In this document: positions 28,546 to 38,430 of the stretch, piece after piece
Layout: every line of letters starts with the position of its first letter
Position numbering within the stretch: position 1 is the first letter of the stretch
From: Paludibacteraceae bacterium
Lineage (GTDB): Bacteria > Bacteroidota > Bacteroidia > Bacteroidales > Paludibacteraceae
NCBI GenBank assembly: GCA_017630395.1
Contig: JAGBVI010000020.1
Span: 270 to 64,269, forward strand
DNA length: 64,000 bases
Reading direction: 5' to 3'
Position numbers and translations under genes: made by a program
Notes under the pieces: model-generated
Told to the model about the DNA's origin: nothing
The model's input: only the letters and a program-made list of their open reading frames with translations
Database searches by the model: none

Positions 28546-28928
28546 CTTCTAAATAATCTCTATTTATTCGTTTTCTTTTATGCGCTATTAAGTTGATAAT
28601 TAAGTCTCTGTGTAACCTAATTCGCAATTCGCGAATTAGGTGCAAAGAATATCCGAGTTTTAAATGTAAAAAAACAATATACCTGATGAGAACCCTACTA
28701 TCGGTATTCTGATTAATTTAAGACCGAGAGAAAAATTGATTTTTTTTGCCCCTAAAGAAGAGTTCTTTAAACATTTTAATTAATTTCGCACTTGCAAGTT
28801 GAATCTACAAAAATGAATATTTACTTATTCGTGAAGGAAGCTTTGAAATTATGCAATTGTTTGTAAAAAAGATTGTTATCAGGTTTACTTGCTCTCCTTT
28901 ATTAATGTTTTGTTCCTAGTGTAAAATT

Positions 28929-28961
28929 AAAAAAAAGGACGCACCATTTTTGATACGTCCT
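28929..28961 (-). terminator. Intrinsic terminator of pnp
   Basis: Minus strand AGGACG-14-nt loop-CGTCCT followed by eight U, ~20 nt after the pnp stop. Confidence 0.6.
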
Positions 28962-28981
28962 CTGTTATGAAAGGTTCAACT

Positions 28982-31126
28982 TTATTTTTCAGTTTCCTCT
29001 TTTTGTGGCTTTGGTAACAATGCCTTATGTGAAAGTTTGAATTTTCCACTTTTAGCATCGATGTCTAACAACTTAACTGTTACGGTGTCACCCTCTTTCA
29101 TGCCGGTATCTTCCATCTTTTCGATGCGTTTCCATGCAATTTCAGAGATGTGTAACAATCCCTCTTTGCCAGGCATAAACTCAACAAATGCTCCGTATGG
29201 CATGATGGATTTAACCTTTGCATCATAGGTTTCTCCAACTTCAGGTACGGCTACAATCGCCTTTACGCGAGAAACTGCCATGTCCAAAGACTCTTTGTTG
29301 GTGGCTGCTATCTCTACTCGACCCTTGCCATCAATTTCTTCAATAGAAATGGTTGCTCCCGATTTTTCTTGAATTTCTTGAATGATTTTTCCTCCAGGAC
29401 CAATGATAGCTCCAATCATATCTTTAGGAACATCAAATGCTACGATGCGTGGTGCATGAGGTTTCAAATCTTCACGAGGCTCAGCAATTGTCTCTGTTAT
29501 CTTGTTTAGGATATGTAAACGACCCTCTTTGGCTTGATTCAAGGCTTTCTCTAAGATTTCGTATGATAAACCATCCACTTTGATATCCATCTGAGTTGCA
29601 GTGATACCATCTTTTGTTCCGGTTACCTTGAAGTCCATGTCTCCTAAGTGGTCTTCATCTCCTAAAATATCAGAAAGTACAGAATACTTAACATTTCCTT
29701 TGTCTGTAATCAATCCCATTGCAATACCTGAAACCGGTTTCTTGATTTTTACTCCGGCATCCATCATCGCAAGTGTTCCTGCACATACTGTTGCCATTGA
29801 AGATGAACCATTGGATTCCATAATGTCTGAAACCACTCTGACGCAATATGGATAGTCAGACGGAATCATTCTCTTCAACGCACGCAAAGCCAAGTGTCCG
29901 TGTCCAATTTCACGACGACCAACTCCTCTTTGAGCTTTTGCTTCTCCGGTAGAGAATGGAGGGAAGTTGTAGTGCAACAAGAAACGCTCTTTTGCATGAA
30001 CAAGAACCTCATCAATCAATTTTTCGTCTTGTTTTGTACCTAATGTACAAGTTGTTAAAGATTGAGTCTCTCCGCGAGTAAAGATGGCAGAACCGTGAGG
30101 TCCGGGTAGATAACCAACTTCGCACCAAATAGGGCGAATCTCTGTGGTAGAACGTCCATCCAAACGTTTTCCTTCGTCTAAGATAGAGCGACGCATTGCC
30201 TCTTTCTCAACAGCGTGATAGTAGCGGTCGATTAAAGCCACTTTTTCTGCCAATTCCTCTTCTGTCAAATTCAAAGATGCAATGTATTCCTCTTTTACAG
30301 CCTCAAATTTTTCAGAGCGGTCATGTTTGTCTGTGTTGGCAGAAGTTGCCAATGCGTAAGCTTTATCGTAGCATTTTGCCCAAATATCTTTCTCTAACTC
30401 TTCGTCATTTTCTTCGTGACAATAAGCCTTTTTAACAGTTTTTCCAACCTCTTCCATCAACTCTTTTTGAGCGATACAATGAGGTTTGATTGCTTCGTGA
30501 GCTGCTTTTAGGGCATTCAATAGATCTTGTTCAGAAACTTCGTCCATTTCACCCTCCACCATCATGATGTTCTCGTATGTAGCTCCTACCATCAAATCCA
30601 TGTCGGCTTTCTCCAATTGCTCAAATGTAGGGTTGATAACAAACTCCCCATTGATGCGAGCAACACGAACTTCTGAAATTGGTCCGTTAAATGGAATGTC
30701 TGAAACTGCTAGAGCCGCAGATGCTGCCAATCCTGCTAAGGCATCAGGTTGATCAATACCATCTGCAGAAATCATATTTACCGTAACAAATGTTTCCGCA
30801 TGGAAATCATCCGGGAATAACGGTCTTAAAGCACGGTCAATCAAACGAGCCGTCAAAATTTCATAATCGGAAGCTTTCCCTTCCCTTTTAGTAAAGCCAC
30901 CTGGATATCGTCCGTATGCGCCAAACTTCTCTTTGTACTCAACTGTTAATGGCATAAAGTCTGTTCCCGGAACGGCGTCCTTTGCTGAACATACTGTAGC
31001 CAACAACATTGTATTGCCCATACGTACTACTACTGAACCGTCAGCTTGTTTTGCTAATTTCCCGGTTTCGATCGTAATGGTTCTTCCATCAGGCAATGCG
31101 ATCGTCTTTGTTACTACATTCATCAT
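28982..31126 (-). CDS. pnp: Polyribonucleotide nucleotidyltransferase (PNPase)
   Basis: 714 aa. Two RNase PH domains, then KH ([16 protein letters not shown]) and S1 ([20 protein letters not shown]) domains. Confidence 0.97.
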   Translation of the reverse strand: MMNVVTKTIALPDGRTITIETGKLAKQADGSVVVRMGNTMLLATVCSAKDAVPGTDFMPLTVEYKEKFGAYGRYPGGFTKREGKASDYEILTARLIDRALRPLFPDDFHAETFVTVNMISADGIDQPDALAGLAASAALAVSDIPFNGPISEVRVARINGEFVINPTFEQLEKADMDLMVGATYENIMMVEGEMDEVSEQDLLNALKAAHEAIKPHCIAQKELMEEVGKTVKKAYCHEENDEELEKDIWAKCYDKAYALATSANTDKHDRSEKFEAVKEEYIASLNLTEEELAEKVALIDRYYHAVEKEAMRRSILDEGKRLDGRSTTEIRPIWCEVGYLPGPHGSAIFTRGETQSLTTCTLGTKQDEKLIDEVLVHAKERFLLHYNFPPFSTGEAKAQRGVGRREIGHGHLALRALKRMIPSDYPYCVRVVSDIMESNGSSSMATVCAGTLAMMDAGVKIKKPVSGIAMGLITDKGNVKYSVLSDILGDEDHLGDMDFKVTGTKDGITATQMDIKVDGLSYEILEKALNQAKEGRLHILNKITETIAEPREDLKPHAPRIVAFDVPKDMIGAIIGPGGKIIQEIQEKSGATISIEEIDGKGRVEIAATNKESLDMAVSRVKAIVAVPEVGETYDAKVKSIMPYGAFVEFMPGKEGLLHISEIAWKRIEKMEDTGMKEGDTVTVKLLDIDAKSGKFKLSHKALLPKPQKEETEK

Positions 31127-31166
31127 TTCTTTTTCTTTTTTTTCGTCTTTTACATCTAAAATTTCA

Positions 31167-31174
31167 CAAAAATA
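31167..31174 (-). promoter_or_regulatory. Candidate -7 box (TATTTTTG) for pnp
   Basis: Plus strand CAAAAATA, 41 nt upstream of the ATG at 31126. Confidence 0.35.
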
Positions 31175-31440
31175 AGAAAATATCTTTCAAAGTCAATGTT
31201 TTTTTTGAATTTTCGATTGAAGTAGATTAAAATTAGTGTTTGGATGGATTGGTTATGTGAGTTTTGTTTGTGATGATACTGCAACGGGTTTGTCATTATT
31301 ATAGATTTGGGTCGTTGCCGTTGGAGCCAATCGCATTCGCCCTGTTTTATGTCTGCGGTATTTATCCTCGATAGGGGCAATTAATTCCGTCAACGAGTTA
31401 AAATATGTTCTTTTGGTTATAATTTTTTTTGGTAAAAGTG

Positions 31441-31634
31441 CTTTAAAATTTATTTCAGGGAGGGTTTGTAAATTTATTTCGTGTTTCTTTTTATTTTATT
31501 GTTGATGTATGCAGAAGTAGTTTGTTTATATTATTGTGCTTCTATAAATAGGGGATAGAGTTGTTTGGCAGGGGAAATACGAAGACGAGATGTCGGAGAA
31601 GAAGTTGACAGAAAAGTGTTGTTGTCTAAATTTG
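31441..31634 (+). repeat. Dispersed intergenic repeat, copy F (~190-nt paralogue of copies D and E)
   Basis: AGGGAGGGTTTGTAAATTTATTTCGTGTTTCTTTTTATTTTATT aligns with the D/E core at ~70% identity by hand. Downstream, GGCAGGGGAAATACGAAGACGAG...AGTTGACAGAAAAGTGTTG parallels GGCGGGCGAAAGAAAGGAGTAG...AACTGACAAACAGTAAGTTG of copy D. Confidence 0.6.
31604..31634 (+). promoter_or_regulatory. Candidate nrdJ promoter (-33 gTTG, 19-nt spacer, -7 TAAATTTG)
   Basis: TTG at 31605-31607 and TAAATTTG at 31627-31634. This would give a ~300-nt leader. Confidence 0.35.
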
Positions 31635-31945
31635 AAATTCACTATTAGATATCTTTAGAAAGGAAGTGAGGTGATGATAATGCTTTGTGTATGTTTCTGT
31701 TTTTGAATAAGAATAAGTTTGAAGATTTTGTTTGGAGTGATATTTTTTGGGAAACTTTTTTGATTGTTGAAAAAATTATCTTGTTGATAGGTAGTGTATT
31801 AGACGTTTAAAACGGGAAACTTTTTGATATTGTTAATAACTATTTCTTAAAATAATTTGTACTTTTAAGAAAGTGTTATAAACTTGCAAACTGAAATTTT
31901 ATGAGATAGTTCTTTAGTAAAATATTGTAAAAGATAAGGTGGTAA

Positions 31946-34492
31946 ATGGATCAAAGTAACAACAATGTGTACACACATGAAGAAGCATACGAAGCTTCGT
32001 TAAAATATTTTAATGGTGATGAGTTAGCTGCTCGTGTATGGGTAAATAAATATGCTTTAAAAGATTCTTTTGGTAATATTTATGAGAAAACTCCGGATGA
32101 TATGCATTGGCGATTGGCAAATGAGATAGCTCGTATTGAAAAGAAATATGAGAATCCAATGTCTGCTCAGGAGCTGTTTGATCTGTTTAAAAATTTCTCA
32201 TATATAGTTCCGCAGGGAAGTCCAATGTCCGGAATTGGGAATAAGTATCAGGTGGCTTCATTGTCGAATTGTTTTGTTATTGGTGAGGATGGAGAAGCTG
32301 ACTCTTATGGAGCTATCATTAAGTTGGATGAAGAGCAAGTTCAATTGATGAAACGTAGGGGAGGAGTGGGGCATGATTTGTCTCAGATACGCCCTAAAGG
32401 CTCTCCGGTAAAAAATTCAGCATTGACTTCTACCGGTTTGGTTCCGTTTATGGAGAGATATTCCAACTCGACAAGAGAGGTGGCTCAAGATGGACGAAGA
32501 GGAGCATTGATGTTGAGTGTTTCAATCAAACACCCTGATTCAGAGTCTTTTATTGATGCGAAGATGGTGGAAGGTAAGGTGACTGGTGCAAATGTGTCGG
32601 TAAAGATTGATGATGAATTTATGCAAGCTGCTTTGGAAGATAAGCCTTACTTACAGCAATATCCTGTGGATGCGGAGAATCCTATTGTAAAAAAGGAAAT
32701 TTCGGCCTCTTCATTATGGAAAAAAATTGTACATAATGCTTGGAAATCGGCTGAACCGGGTGTTTTATTTTGGGATACTATCTTGAAAGAGTCTGTTCCT
32801 GATTGCTATGCAGACTTAGGTTTTAGAACTGTTTCAACTAATCCTTGTGGCGAAATTCCTTTGTGTCCGTATGATAGTTGTCGTTTGTTGGCTATCAACT
32901 TGTATTCTTACGTAAAAAATCCTTTTACGAGAGAAGCGGATTTTGATTATCCTTTGTTTAGAGAGCATGTGCGTAAAGCTCAGAGGATTATGGATGACAT
33001 CATTGATCTGGAGTTAGAGATGATTGATAAAATCTTGAATAAAATCGAAAATGACCCGGAATCAGAGGATATCAAGAGAACAGAATTGGATTTGTGGCTT
33101 AAAATTAAGGAGAAGAGTGCTAAGGGGCGTAGAACCGGTGTGGGAACCACTGCAGAGGGCGATATGTTGGCTGCTGTTGGTTTGACGTATGGAACTCCTG
33201 AGGCGATATACTTTTCTGAACAAGTGCATAAAACTTTGGCTGTTGAGGCTTATCGTTCATCTGTGGAGATGGCTAAAGAGCGCGGTGCATTCGAGGTGTT
33301 TGATGCTCAAAGGGAGATAAATAATCCTTTTATTGCGAGGTTAAAGGAGGTTGATTCTTCTCTTTATGAGAATATGCTGAAATATGGTAGACGAAATATT
33401 GCTTGTCTGACAATCGCTCCAACGGGTACTACAAGTTTGATGACGCAAACCACATCGGGAATTGAGCCTGTCTTTATGCCGGTGTACAAACGTCGTAGGA
33501 AGGTAAATCCTAATGATGCGGATGTGCATGTGGATTACGTGGATGAAATGGGCGACTCATTCGAAGAGTATGTTGTGTTCCATCATAAGTTCTTGACTTG
33601 GATGAAAGTGAATGGATATGATGTAGATAAAAAATATTCGCAAGATGAGTTAGATAAACTTGTGTTGGAGTCTCCATATTACAAAGCAACGGCGCAAGAT
33701 GTTGATTGGATGGAAAAGGTGAGAATGCAAGGTCGTATTCAAAAGTGGGTGGATCATTCAATTAGTGTAACAATTAATGTGCCTGAAGATACTTCAGAGT
33801 CGCTTATTGGTGATTTGTATGCAGAGGCTTGGAGATGTGGATGCAAAGGTGTTACAGTTTATCGGGATGGCTCTCGCTCCGGTGTCTTAATCTCGGCAAA
33901 ATCTTCCAACAAAAAAGAGGAGGTAAAAACTTCGTTTCAAGTGATAGAGCGTCCGAAAGAGTTGGATGCAGATGTTGTTAGATTCCAAAATAATAAGGAA
34001 AAATGGATCGCTTTTGTTGGATTATTGGATGGTCGTCCGTACGAGATTTTCACAGGATTGGCTGATGATGAAGATGGTTTATTGATTCCGAAAACGGTAG
34101 AAAAGGGTAAAATTATCCGTAGTATAGATGAAGAGACCGGTAAAAGCAGATATGATTTTCAATATTCGAATCGAAGAGGCTATAAAACGACTATCGAGGG
34201 GTTGTCGTTCAAGTTTGATCCGGAGTATTGGAATTATGCAAAGTTGATTTCGGGAGTGTTGCGTTATGGAATGCCTTTGGATCAAGTGACAAAATTGGTT
34301 TCAGATTTACAATTGAACAGCGAAACAATCAACAATTGGAAAAATGGAGTGGAGCGTGCCTTGAAAAAGTATATTCCTAATGGTACTGTTGCGAAAGGTA
34401 TGGTCTGTGAAAAGTGTGGTCAGAAAACAATTCGATATCAAGAGGGGTGCTTGATTTGTACCAATTGTGGATTCTCCAAATGTGGAGGTTGA
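31946..34492 (+). CDS. nrdJ: Adenosylcobalamin-dependent (class II) ribonucleotide reductase
   Basis: 848 aa. Class II-type active-site motif TNPCGEIPL and a C-terminal zinc-ribbon tail CEKCGQKT...CLICTNCGFSKCG. The length and order match monomeric/dimeric NrdJ. Confidence 0.9.
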   Translation: MDQSNNNVYTHEEAYEASLKYFNGDELAARVWVNKYALKDSFGNIYEKTPDDMHWRLANEIARIEKKYENPMSAQELFDLFKNFSYIVPQGSPMSGIGNKYQVASLSNCFVIGEDGEADSYGAIIKLDEEQVQLMKRRGGVGHDLSQIRPKGSPVKNSALTSTGLVPFMERYSNSTREVAQDGRRGALMLSVSIKHPDSESFIDAKMVEGKVTGANVSVKIDDEFMQAALEDKPYLQQYPVDAENPIVKKEISASSLWKKIVHNAWKSAEPGVLFWDTILKESVPDCYADLGFRTVSTNPCGEIPLCPYDSCRLLAINLYSYVKNPFTREADFDYPLFREHVRKAQRIMDDIIDLELEMIDKILNKIENDPESEDIKRTELDLWLKIKEKSAKGRRTGVGTTAEGDMLAAVGLTYGTPEAIYFSEQVHKTLAVEAYRSSVEMAKERGAFEVFDAQREINNPFIARLKEVDSSLYENMLKYGRRNIACLTIAPTGTTSLMTQTTSGIEPVFMPVYKRRRKVNPNDADVHVDYVDEMGDSFEEYVVFHHKFLTWMKVNGYDVDKKYSQDELDKLVLESPYYKATAQDVDWMEKVRMQGRIQKWVDHSISVTINVPEDTSESLIGDLYAEAWRCGCKGVTVYRDGSRSGVLISAKSSNKKEEVKTSFQVIERPKELDADVVRFQNNKEKWIAFVGLLDGRPYEIFTGLADDEDGLLIPKTVEKGKIIRSIDEETGKSRYDFQYSNRRGYKTTIEGLSFKFDPEYWNYAKLISGVLRYGMPLDQVTKLVSDLQLNSETINNWKNGVERALKKYIPNGTVAKGMVCEKCGQKTIRYQEGCLICTNCGFSKCGG

Positions 34493-34510
34493 TTGTAAAA
34501 GTGTTTGTTT

Positions 34511-34580
34511 TAGGTGGATTCTATAAATTCATTTCGTGGAATTCTCCTTTGGAAGTTCTTTAAATTTTATTATTAAATTG
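34511..34580 (+). repeat. Dispersed intergenic repeat, copy C (S unit)
   Basis: AGGTGGATTCTATAAATTCATTTCGTGGAATTCTC matches 56028-56062 at 28/35 positions, ungapped and counted by hand. It is followed by GTTCTTTAAATTTTATT. Located between the convergent nrdJ and aroE. Confidence 0.7.
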
Positions 34581-34769
34581 TTTTTTATAAAAAAGTATTT
34601 TTTCATTCTTTTATTTTATAATACTTTGTTTCATAATTAATATGTTTTTTTGATTTGCAAGGAAAGCTTTCGGAGTGATCCGAGAGCTTTCGTTATTTTA
34701 TGAACAATTATAGTGGGGTAGAGCAAATAGGTAGAAGTCCGGTAATGGAGAGTTTCTTGGTACTATCTT

Positions 34770-35507
34770 TTATTGATTCCAAATGCTCCATGAGGCGATA
34801 GCCTGACCGTGTAGCATCTCTAAACCATTCAGACTAATTGCTCCATTTTCCTCACCTAATTGACAAAATAGAGTCTTGGCAGGGTTGTAGATTAAGTCGT
34901 ATAGAAAATGTTCCGAAGTAATCTGTTTATAAGGAATTTCAGGTGCGATATCGCAGTTGGGGAATGTCCCTATAGGTGTGCAGTTGATTATTAATTTATT
35001 TTGATGTATAATCTCTTCGCTAAGTTCTTGGTAAGTGAGTATGCCATCTTGCTTTTTGCGAGATACAAATGTGTATTCGATTCCAAGTTTTGTTAATGCA
35101 AAGGCAATCGCTTTTGAAGCCCCACCGGTTCCTAATATCAGAGCTTTTTTATGCTCTTTTTTTAAGTAAGGGGTAATTGAATTGGTGAATCCGATAATGT
35201 CTGTATTGTATCCTTTTAAGGTTGTTCGACCATTTTTGCGTATAAATTTTATGGTGTTTACTGCTCCAATTTCAGCCGCAATCTTGTCTAATTCATCAAG
35301 ATACTGTATCACAGATTCTTTATAGGGAATTGTTACGTTGAGACCATAAAACTCGTGTTGTTGCGTTAGGCAAGGGAAATGAGATATTTCCGGAAGTTCA
35401 AACAAATCGTATTGAGCTTCGATGGATTCTTGAGAAAACTTTTCGGTAAAAAACTTTTTTGAAAAAGAGTGTCCCAATGTTTTGCCTATTAATCCGTATT
35501 GTTTCAT
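34770..35507 (-). CDS. aroE: Shikimate dehydrogenase
   Basis: 245 aa. The N-terminal IGKTLGHSFS substrate motif, NVTIPYK, and NADP-binding GTGGASKA. Confidence 0.92.
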   Translation of the reverse strand: MKQYGLIGKTLGHSFSKKFFTEKFSQESIEAQYDLFELPEISHFPCLTQQHEFYGLNVTIPYKESVIQYLDELDKIAAEIGAVNTIKFIRKNGRTTLKGYNTDIIGFTNSITPYLKKEHKKALILGTGGASKAIAFALTKLGIEYTFVSRKKQDGILTYQELSEEIIHQNKLIINCTPIGTFPNCDIAPEIPYKQITSEHFLYDLIYNPAKTLFCQLGEENGAISLNGLEMLHGQAIASWSIWNQ

Positions 35508-35568
35508 AATTATCTTTTATCTTTGATAGTATAACAATTCCATAAATAGATAGTTTCCTTAAGAACTC

Positions 35569-36312
35569 TTATTCGAAGAATTCTGGTTTAACAATAATTA
35601 CGCATGAATCTTCATATATTTTAAATAATGTTGTATCTCTTTTTTTATCAATGTTTTTCTTGATGTCTTTATATTTTAACGAGAGTGTTCTAAGACCGCT
35701 TAATTTCGCTTCCATGTATAAATCTGTATTATCTCCTAAGTAACTATAAATATCAACGATTGCAATTGTTTTTGATGTCATGCTTGGTATTGTGTCATTT
35801 TGGATGCTCGAGTTACTACTTGAATTTTTAGAATAACTGAGATATAATTTGTCGGGTAATTCATTTTTGACTTTATACTCATAGCCGTTTTGTTGTTTGT
35901 TGATAAATAAATTATCAGTAAAATTTAGTTCATAAACCCCTTCTCCATCTTCTGTGAATGGTCCATCCCAATACCTTCTGTACGAAAGATCTTGGGTTTT
36001 GAAGATGCCATCTGCAGTTGTAACCGTAAGCTCCTTTATTTTGTAAAGTTTGATGGTGTTTTCGACATCCCAAACACTTTGACCGGCAACATCCAGTCGA
36101 GAACATAGAGGAAATGTCTTGTCTTTTTCAAGAATGAAAGTACTATCTGTTTTTATTGCCAAGGAGGAGGGCATTACAGAGCAAGTTACTATGATAGTGT
36201 CATAAGAAGAGTTGTTCTTTATTCTGTAAGAATAGTCGAAATACTCTTTCTGGCAACTTAATAAAAGTACCCCTATAAGGAATATTGATGATATTATATT
36301 TAAATTTTTCAT
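35569..36312 (-). CDS. Lipoprotein of unknown function
   Basis: 247 aa. Lipobox LLLSCQKE. No recognisable domain. Confidence 0.55.
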   Translation of the reverse strand: MKNLNIISSIFLIGVLLLSCQKEYFDYSYRIKNNSSYDTIIVTCSVMPSSLAIKTDSTFILEKDKTFPLCSRLDVAGQSVWDVENTIKLYKIKELTVTTADGIFKTQDLSYRRYWDGPFTEDGEGVYELNFTDNLFINKQQNGYEYKVKNELPDKLYLSYSKNSSSNSSIQNDTIPSMTSKTIAIVDIYSYLGDNTDLYMEAKLSGLRTLSLKYKDIKKNIDKKRDTTLFKIYEDSCVIIVKPEFFE

Positions 36313-36426
36313 GTTACAAAGGTAGGATATGTTTGTTTTTTTTGAAAGAGAATTAAACTCTTTTCTGAAATTTTCTTTCTTCTTTAGTAAAGGTGATTAT
36401 ATTATCTATCTGAAAATCAGTCTATT

Positions 36427-37821
36427 TTATTCAAATAAATGACTGAATGAAGGGTCAGATGTAACTTCCGGGCAGATTTCTTTAAAAATATTCCTTGCAT
36501 CTGGATTTGAGAAGAGAGCAATGTTGTAGTATTGTTGAGCATTGGAGATATCTCCTAATTTGTAGTAGGTAATAGAAATAAATAGACTCAAATTTTCTGT
36601 TTCAGGAGCAACTTGGAAGGCTTTTAAGTAGTAGGTTAGAGCCTCTTCATGTTCTCCGGAATCAAAAAATAAACTACCGATAGATAAAAGAGTTTCCGGA
36701 AAGTCTGGATTAATGTCTAACGACTTATTATAGCAGTATAGGGCATTTTGAAAGTCATTTAATTCGACATAGATTTCTGCCATATAGATCCAATTGTCAA
36801 ATTTAGTATCATCAATTTCAAGCGCGGTAGATATGCACTCAATAGCCAATCCTAATTCTTTAAGTTCAAAATAGGATATGCCCATATTGGCCCAAGCAAC
36901 ATCGTTTTGAGGATTGATTTCAATTGCTTGCCTATAAGCGTTGATTGCTGATTCGTAATTTTCTATTTTTTCAAAGCAGTCTCCCAGACTAACTAATACT
37001 ATATCAGAGGGTTGAGAGATGTCTAGGTACTCTTCAAACGCTTCAATTGCTTTTTGACTTTGTTCGCTAAAATAATAGCTATTCGCCTTTTGTAGCAATG
37101 ATTCTGAGTCGTTAGGATTGATTATAAAAGCATAGTCGTATGCCTCGGCTGCTTTTTCGAAATTTTCAGTTTGGAAATGCAGCGAACCCAAAGCAAACCA
37201 TGCTCGATTGGAGTAAGGTGTGATGTCCAAAGTCATTTCATACATCTTTTCAGCATTTTCATAATCTCCAATTTGTTGGTAACAGTAGGCCAATTCAAAT
37301 AGAGCTTCACTATTTTCAGGCTGAATAGATAATGACTTTTTTAGAAATGTTATAGCCTTGTCGAATACCCCCATTTCAGAAAAAATAAAAGCAATGTCGT
37401 TGTAGATATCCTCTTTTGAGTCTTTTTCGTTATTTATCAAATAATTTAAAATCTCAAAGGACTCATCTTTTCTATCAAGTTCATAAAGAATACGCGATTT
37501 AAGAAGCAAAGCATCTTGTAGGTCGTCAGCCAAGTGAATGTTCCTCTCTAATAGAACCAAAGCTTCGTTAAATTGACGTTGGACTGTCAATAATTTTGCT
37601 TTACAAATAAGTAAAGAAGGAGAATTTGGGTGAATCTTCAATCCCCAGTTAATGGCAATGTCCATTCTTTCCAACTTAGACTGTATCAGGTAGTGTTCTG
37701 CAATAATACATAAATCCTCCTCTTCAAAGTAGGGGATTCGACCGGATTGAAGTGAAGATTCAAATTGATCGACAAGTTGAATCCTTTTTTTACTGTTTTG
37801 AGAATTTTCAGCTTCTATCAT
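36427..37821 (-). CDS. Tetratricopeptide-repeat protein
   Basis: 464 aa. About 10 TPR-like units (A..Y..AL.I.P.N) and no signal peptide. Confidence 0.8.
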   Translation of the reverse strand: MIEAENSQNSKKRIQLVDQFESSLQSGRIPYFEEEDLCIIAEHYLIQSKLERMDIAINWGLKIHPNSPSLLICKAKLLTVQRQFNEALVLLERNIHLADDLQDALLLKSRILYELDRKDESFEILNYLINNEKDSKEDIYNDIAFIFSEMGVFDKAITFLKKSLSIQPENSEALFELAYCYQQIGDYENAEKMYEMTLDITPYSNRAWFALGSLHFQTENFEKAAEAYDYAFIINPNDSESLLQKANSYYFSEQSQKAIEAFEEYLDISQPSDIVLVSLGDCFEKIENYESAINAYRQAIEINPQNDVAWANMGISYFELKELGLAIECISTALEIDDTKFDNWIYMAEIYVELNDFQNALYCYNKSLDINPDFPETLLSIGSLFFDSGEHEEALTYYLKAFQVAPETENLSLFISITYYKLGDISNAQQYYNIALFSNPDARNIFKEICPEVTSDPSFSHLFE

Positions 37822-38074
37822 ACAATACCAAAAACCTTTTCATCTACAAATGTATTTGAAACGAGAAAAATAAACTATCTTTCAGTAAAAAACTTATTAA
37901 CAATTTTGTTTGATTGAGTATTAGTTTGTCTTCCAATTTATTTTGAGGTTCGCTCTTTTTTGGGCACAGTTTAGAGATTCTTTTAACCTGTTTTTATTAT
38001 TTATTTTTGATAATAGTCCACTATGCATCTACAAAAGGATGGTAAAAATAAATTTAAAAATCTCTCTTAAATAA

Positions 38075-38274
38075 GATCGAAATGAAATTTAAACGACCTC
38101 TTAAACTATAGAATCTACGATTTCTGAAGGAGGGTTCTGTAAATACAATTTGTGTAATTTTTGAATTTATTCTGAATAGGTTGGCGGGCGAAAGAAAGGA
38201 GTAGTATGAGAGCTGTGACCAACTGACAAACAGTAAGTTGCCAAAAGAAATTAAACAGTGCCGAAAAGTTTATC
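38075..38274 (+). repeat. Dispersed intergenic repeat, copy D (inverted L unit + S unit + 3' extension)
   Basis: 38127-38200 versus 56027-56100: 54/74 identical, ungapped and hand-counted, including AAGGAGGGTTC 11/11 and TTGAATTTAT 10/10. Similarity continues with small indels to ~38274 versus ~56170. 38075-38120 is the reverse complement of the L unit (GATCGAAATGAAATTTAAACGACC...CTATAGAAT). Confidence 0.75.
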
Positions 38275-38374
38275 TTTACACGATTTGAGCTTTTTTAATT
38301 AAAAACCACAAATTTATTGGACTTACCCCCAAAAAATGTTTCCATTTATATTTTATTATTTATGTAAAAATTAT

Positions 38375-38382
38375 TAGTTTTG
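38375..38382 (+). promoter_or_regulatory. Candidate -7 box (TAGTTTTG) for the SUMF1-domain gene
   Basis: TAnnTTTG match 49 nt upstream of the ATG at 38431. Confidence 0.4.
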
Positions 38383-38430
38383 CGTGGATAAATTGCGAAA
38401 AGAAAAATTAAACGAAAATTATAACTATTC

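Noticed and set aside
31156-31380. 74-aa ORF on the minus strand upstream of pnp.
   Set aside because: It lies in a promoter/spacer region and overlaps the candidate pnp -7 box at its 3' end. It has a basic, low-complexity composition and no motifs.
31590-31658. 22-codon uORF MSEKKLTEKCCCLNLKFTIRYL with three consecutive Cys codons in the nrdJ upstream region (a possible leader peptide).
   Set aside because: It overlaps the best candidate promoter, so it would probably not be transcribed as part of the leader. No obvious terminator/antiterminator follows it. Short ORFs like this are expected by chance in 800 bp. It is only worth revisiting if TSS data place the start upstream of 31590.
31127-31945. 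Cobalamin riboswitch or NrdR-box pair upstream of nrdJ.
   Set aside because: I found no B12-box-like GCCACTG/AGYCMGG core. Only one weak NrdR-like half-site (CACTATTAGATATC, ~31640) is present, without a properly spaced partner. An Rfam scan would still be worthwhile.
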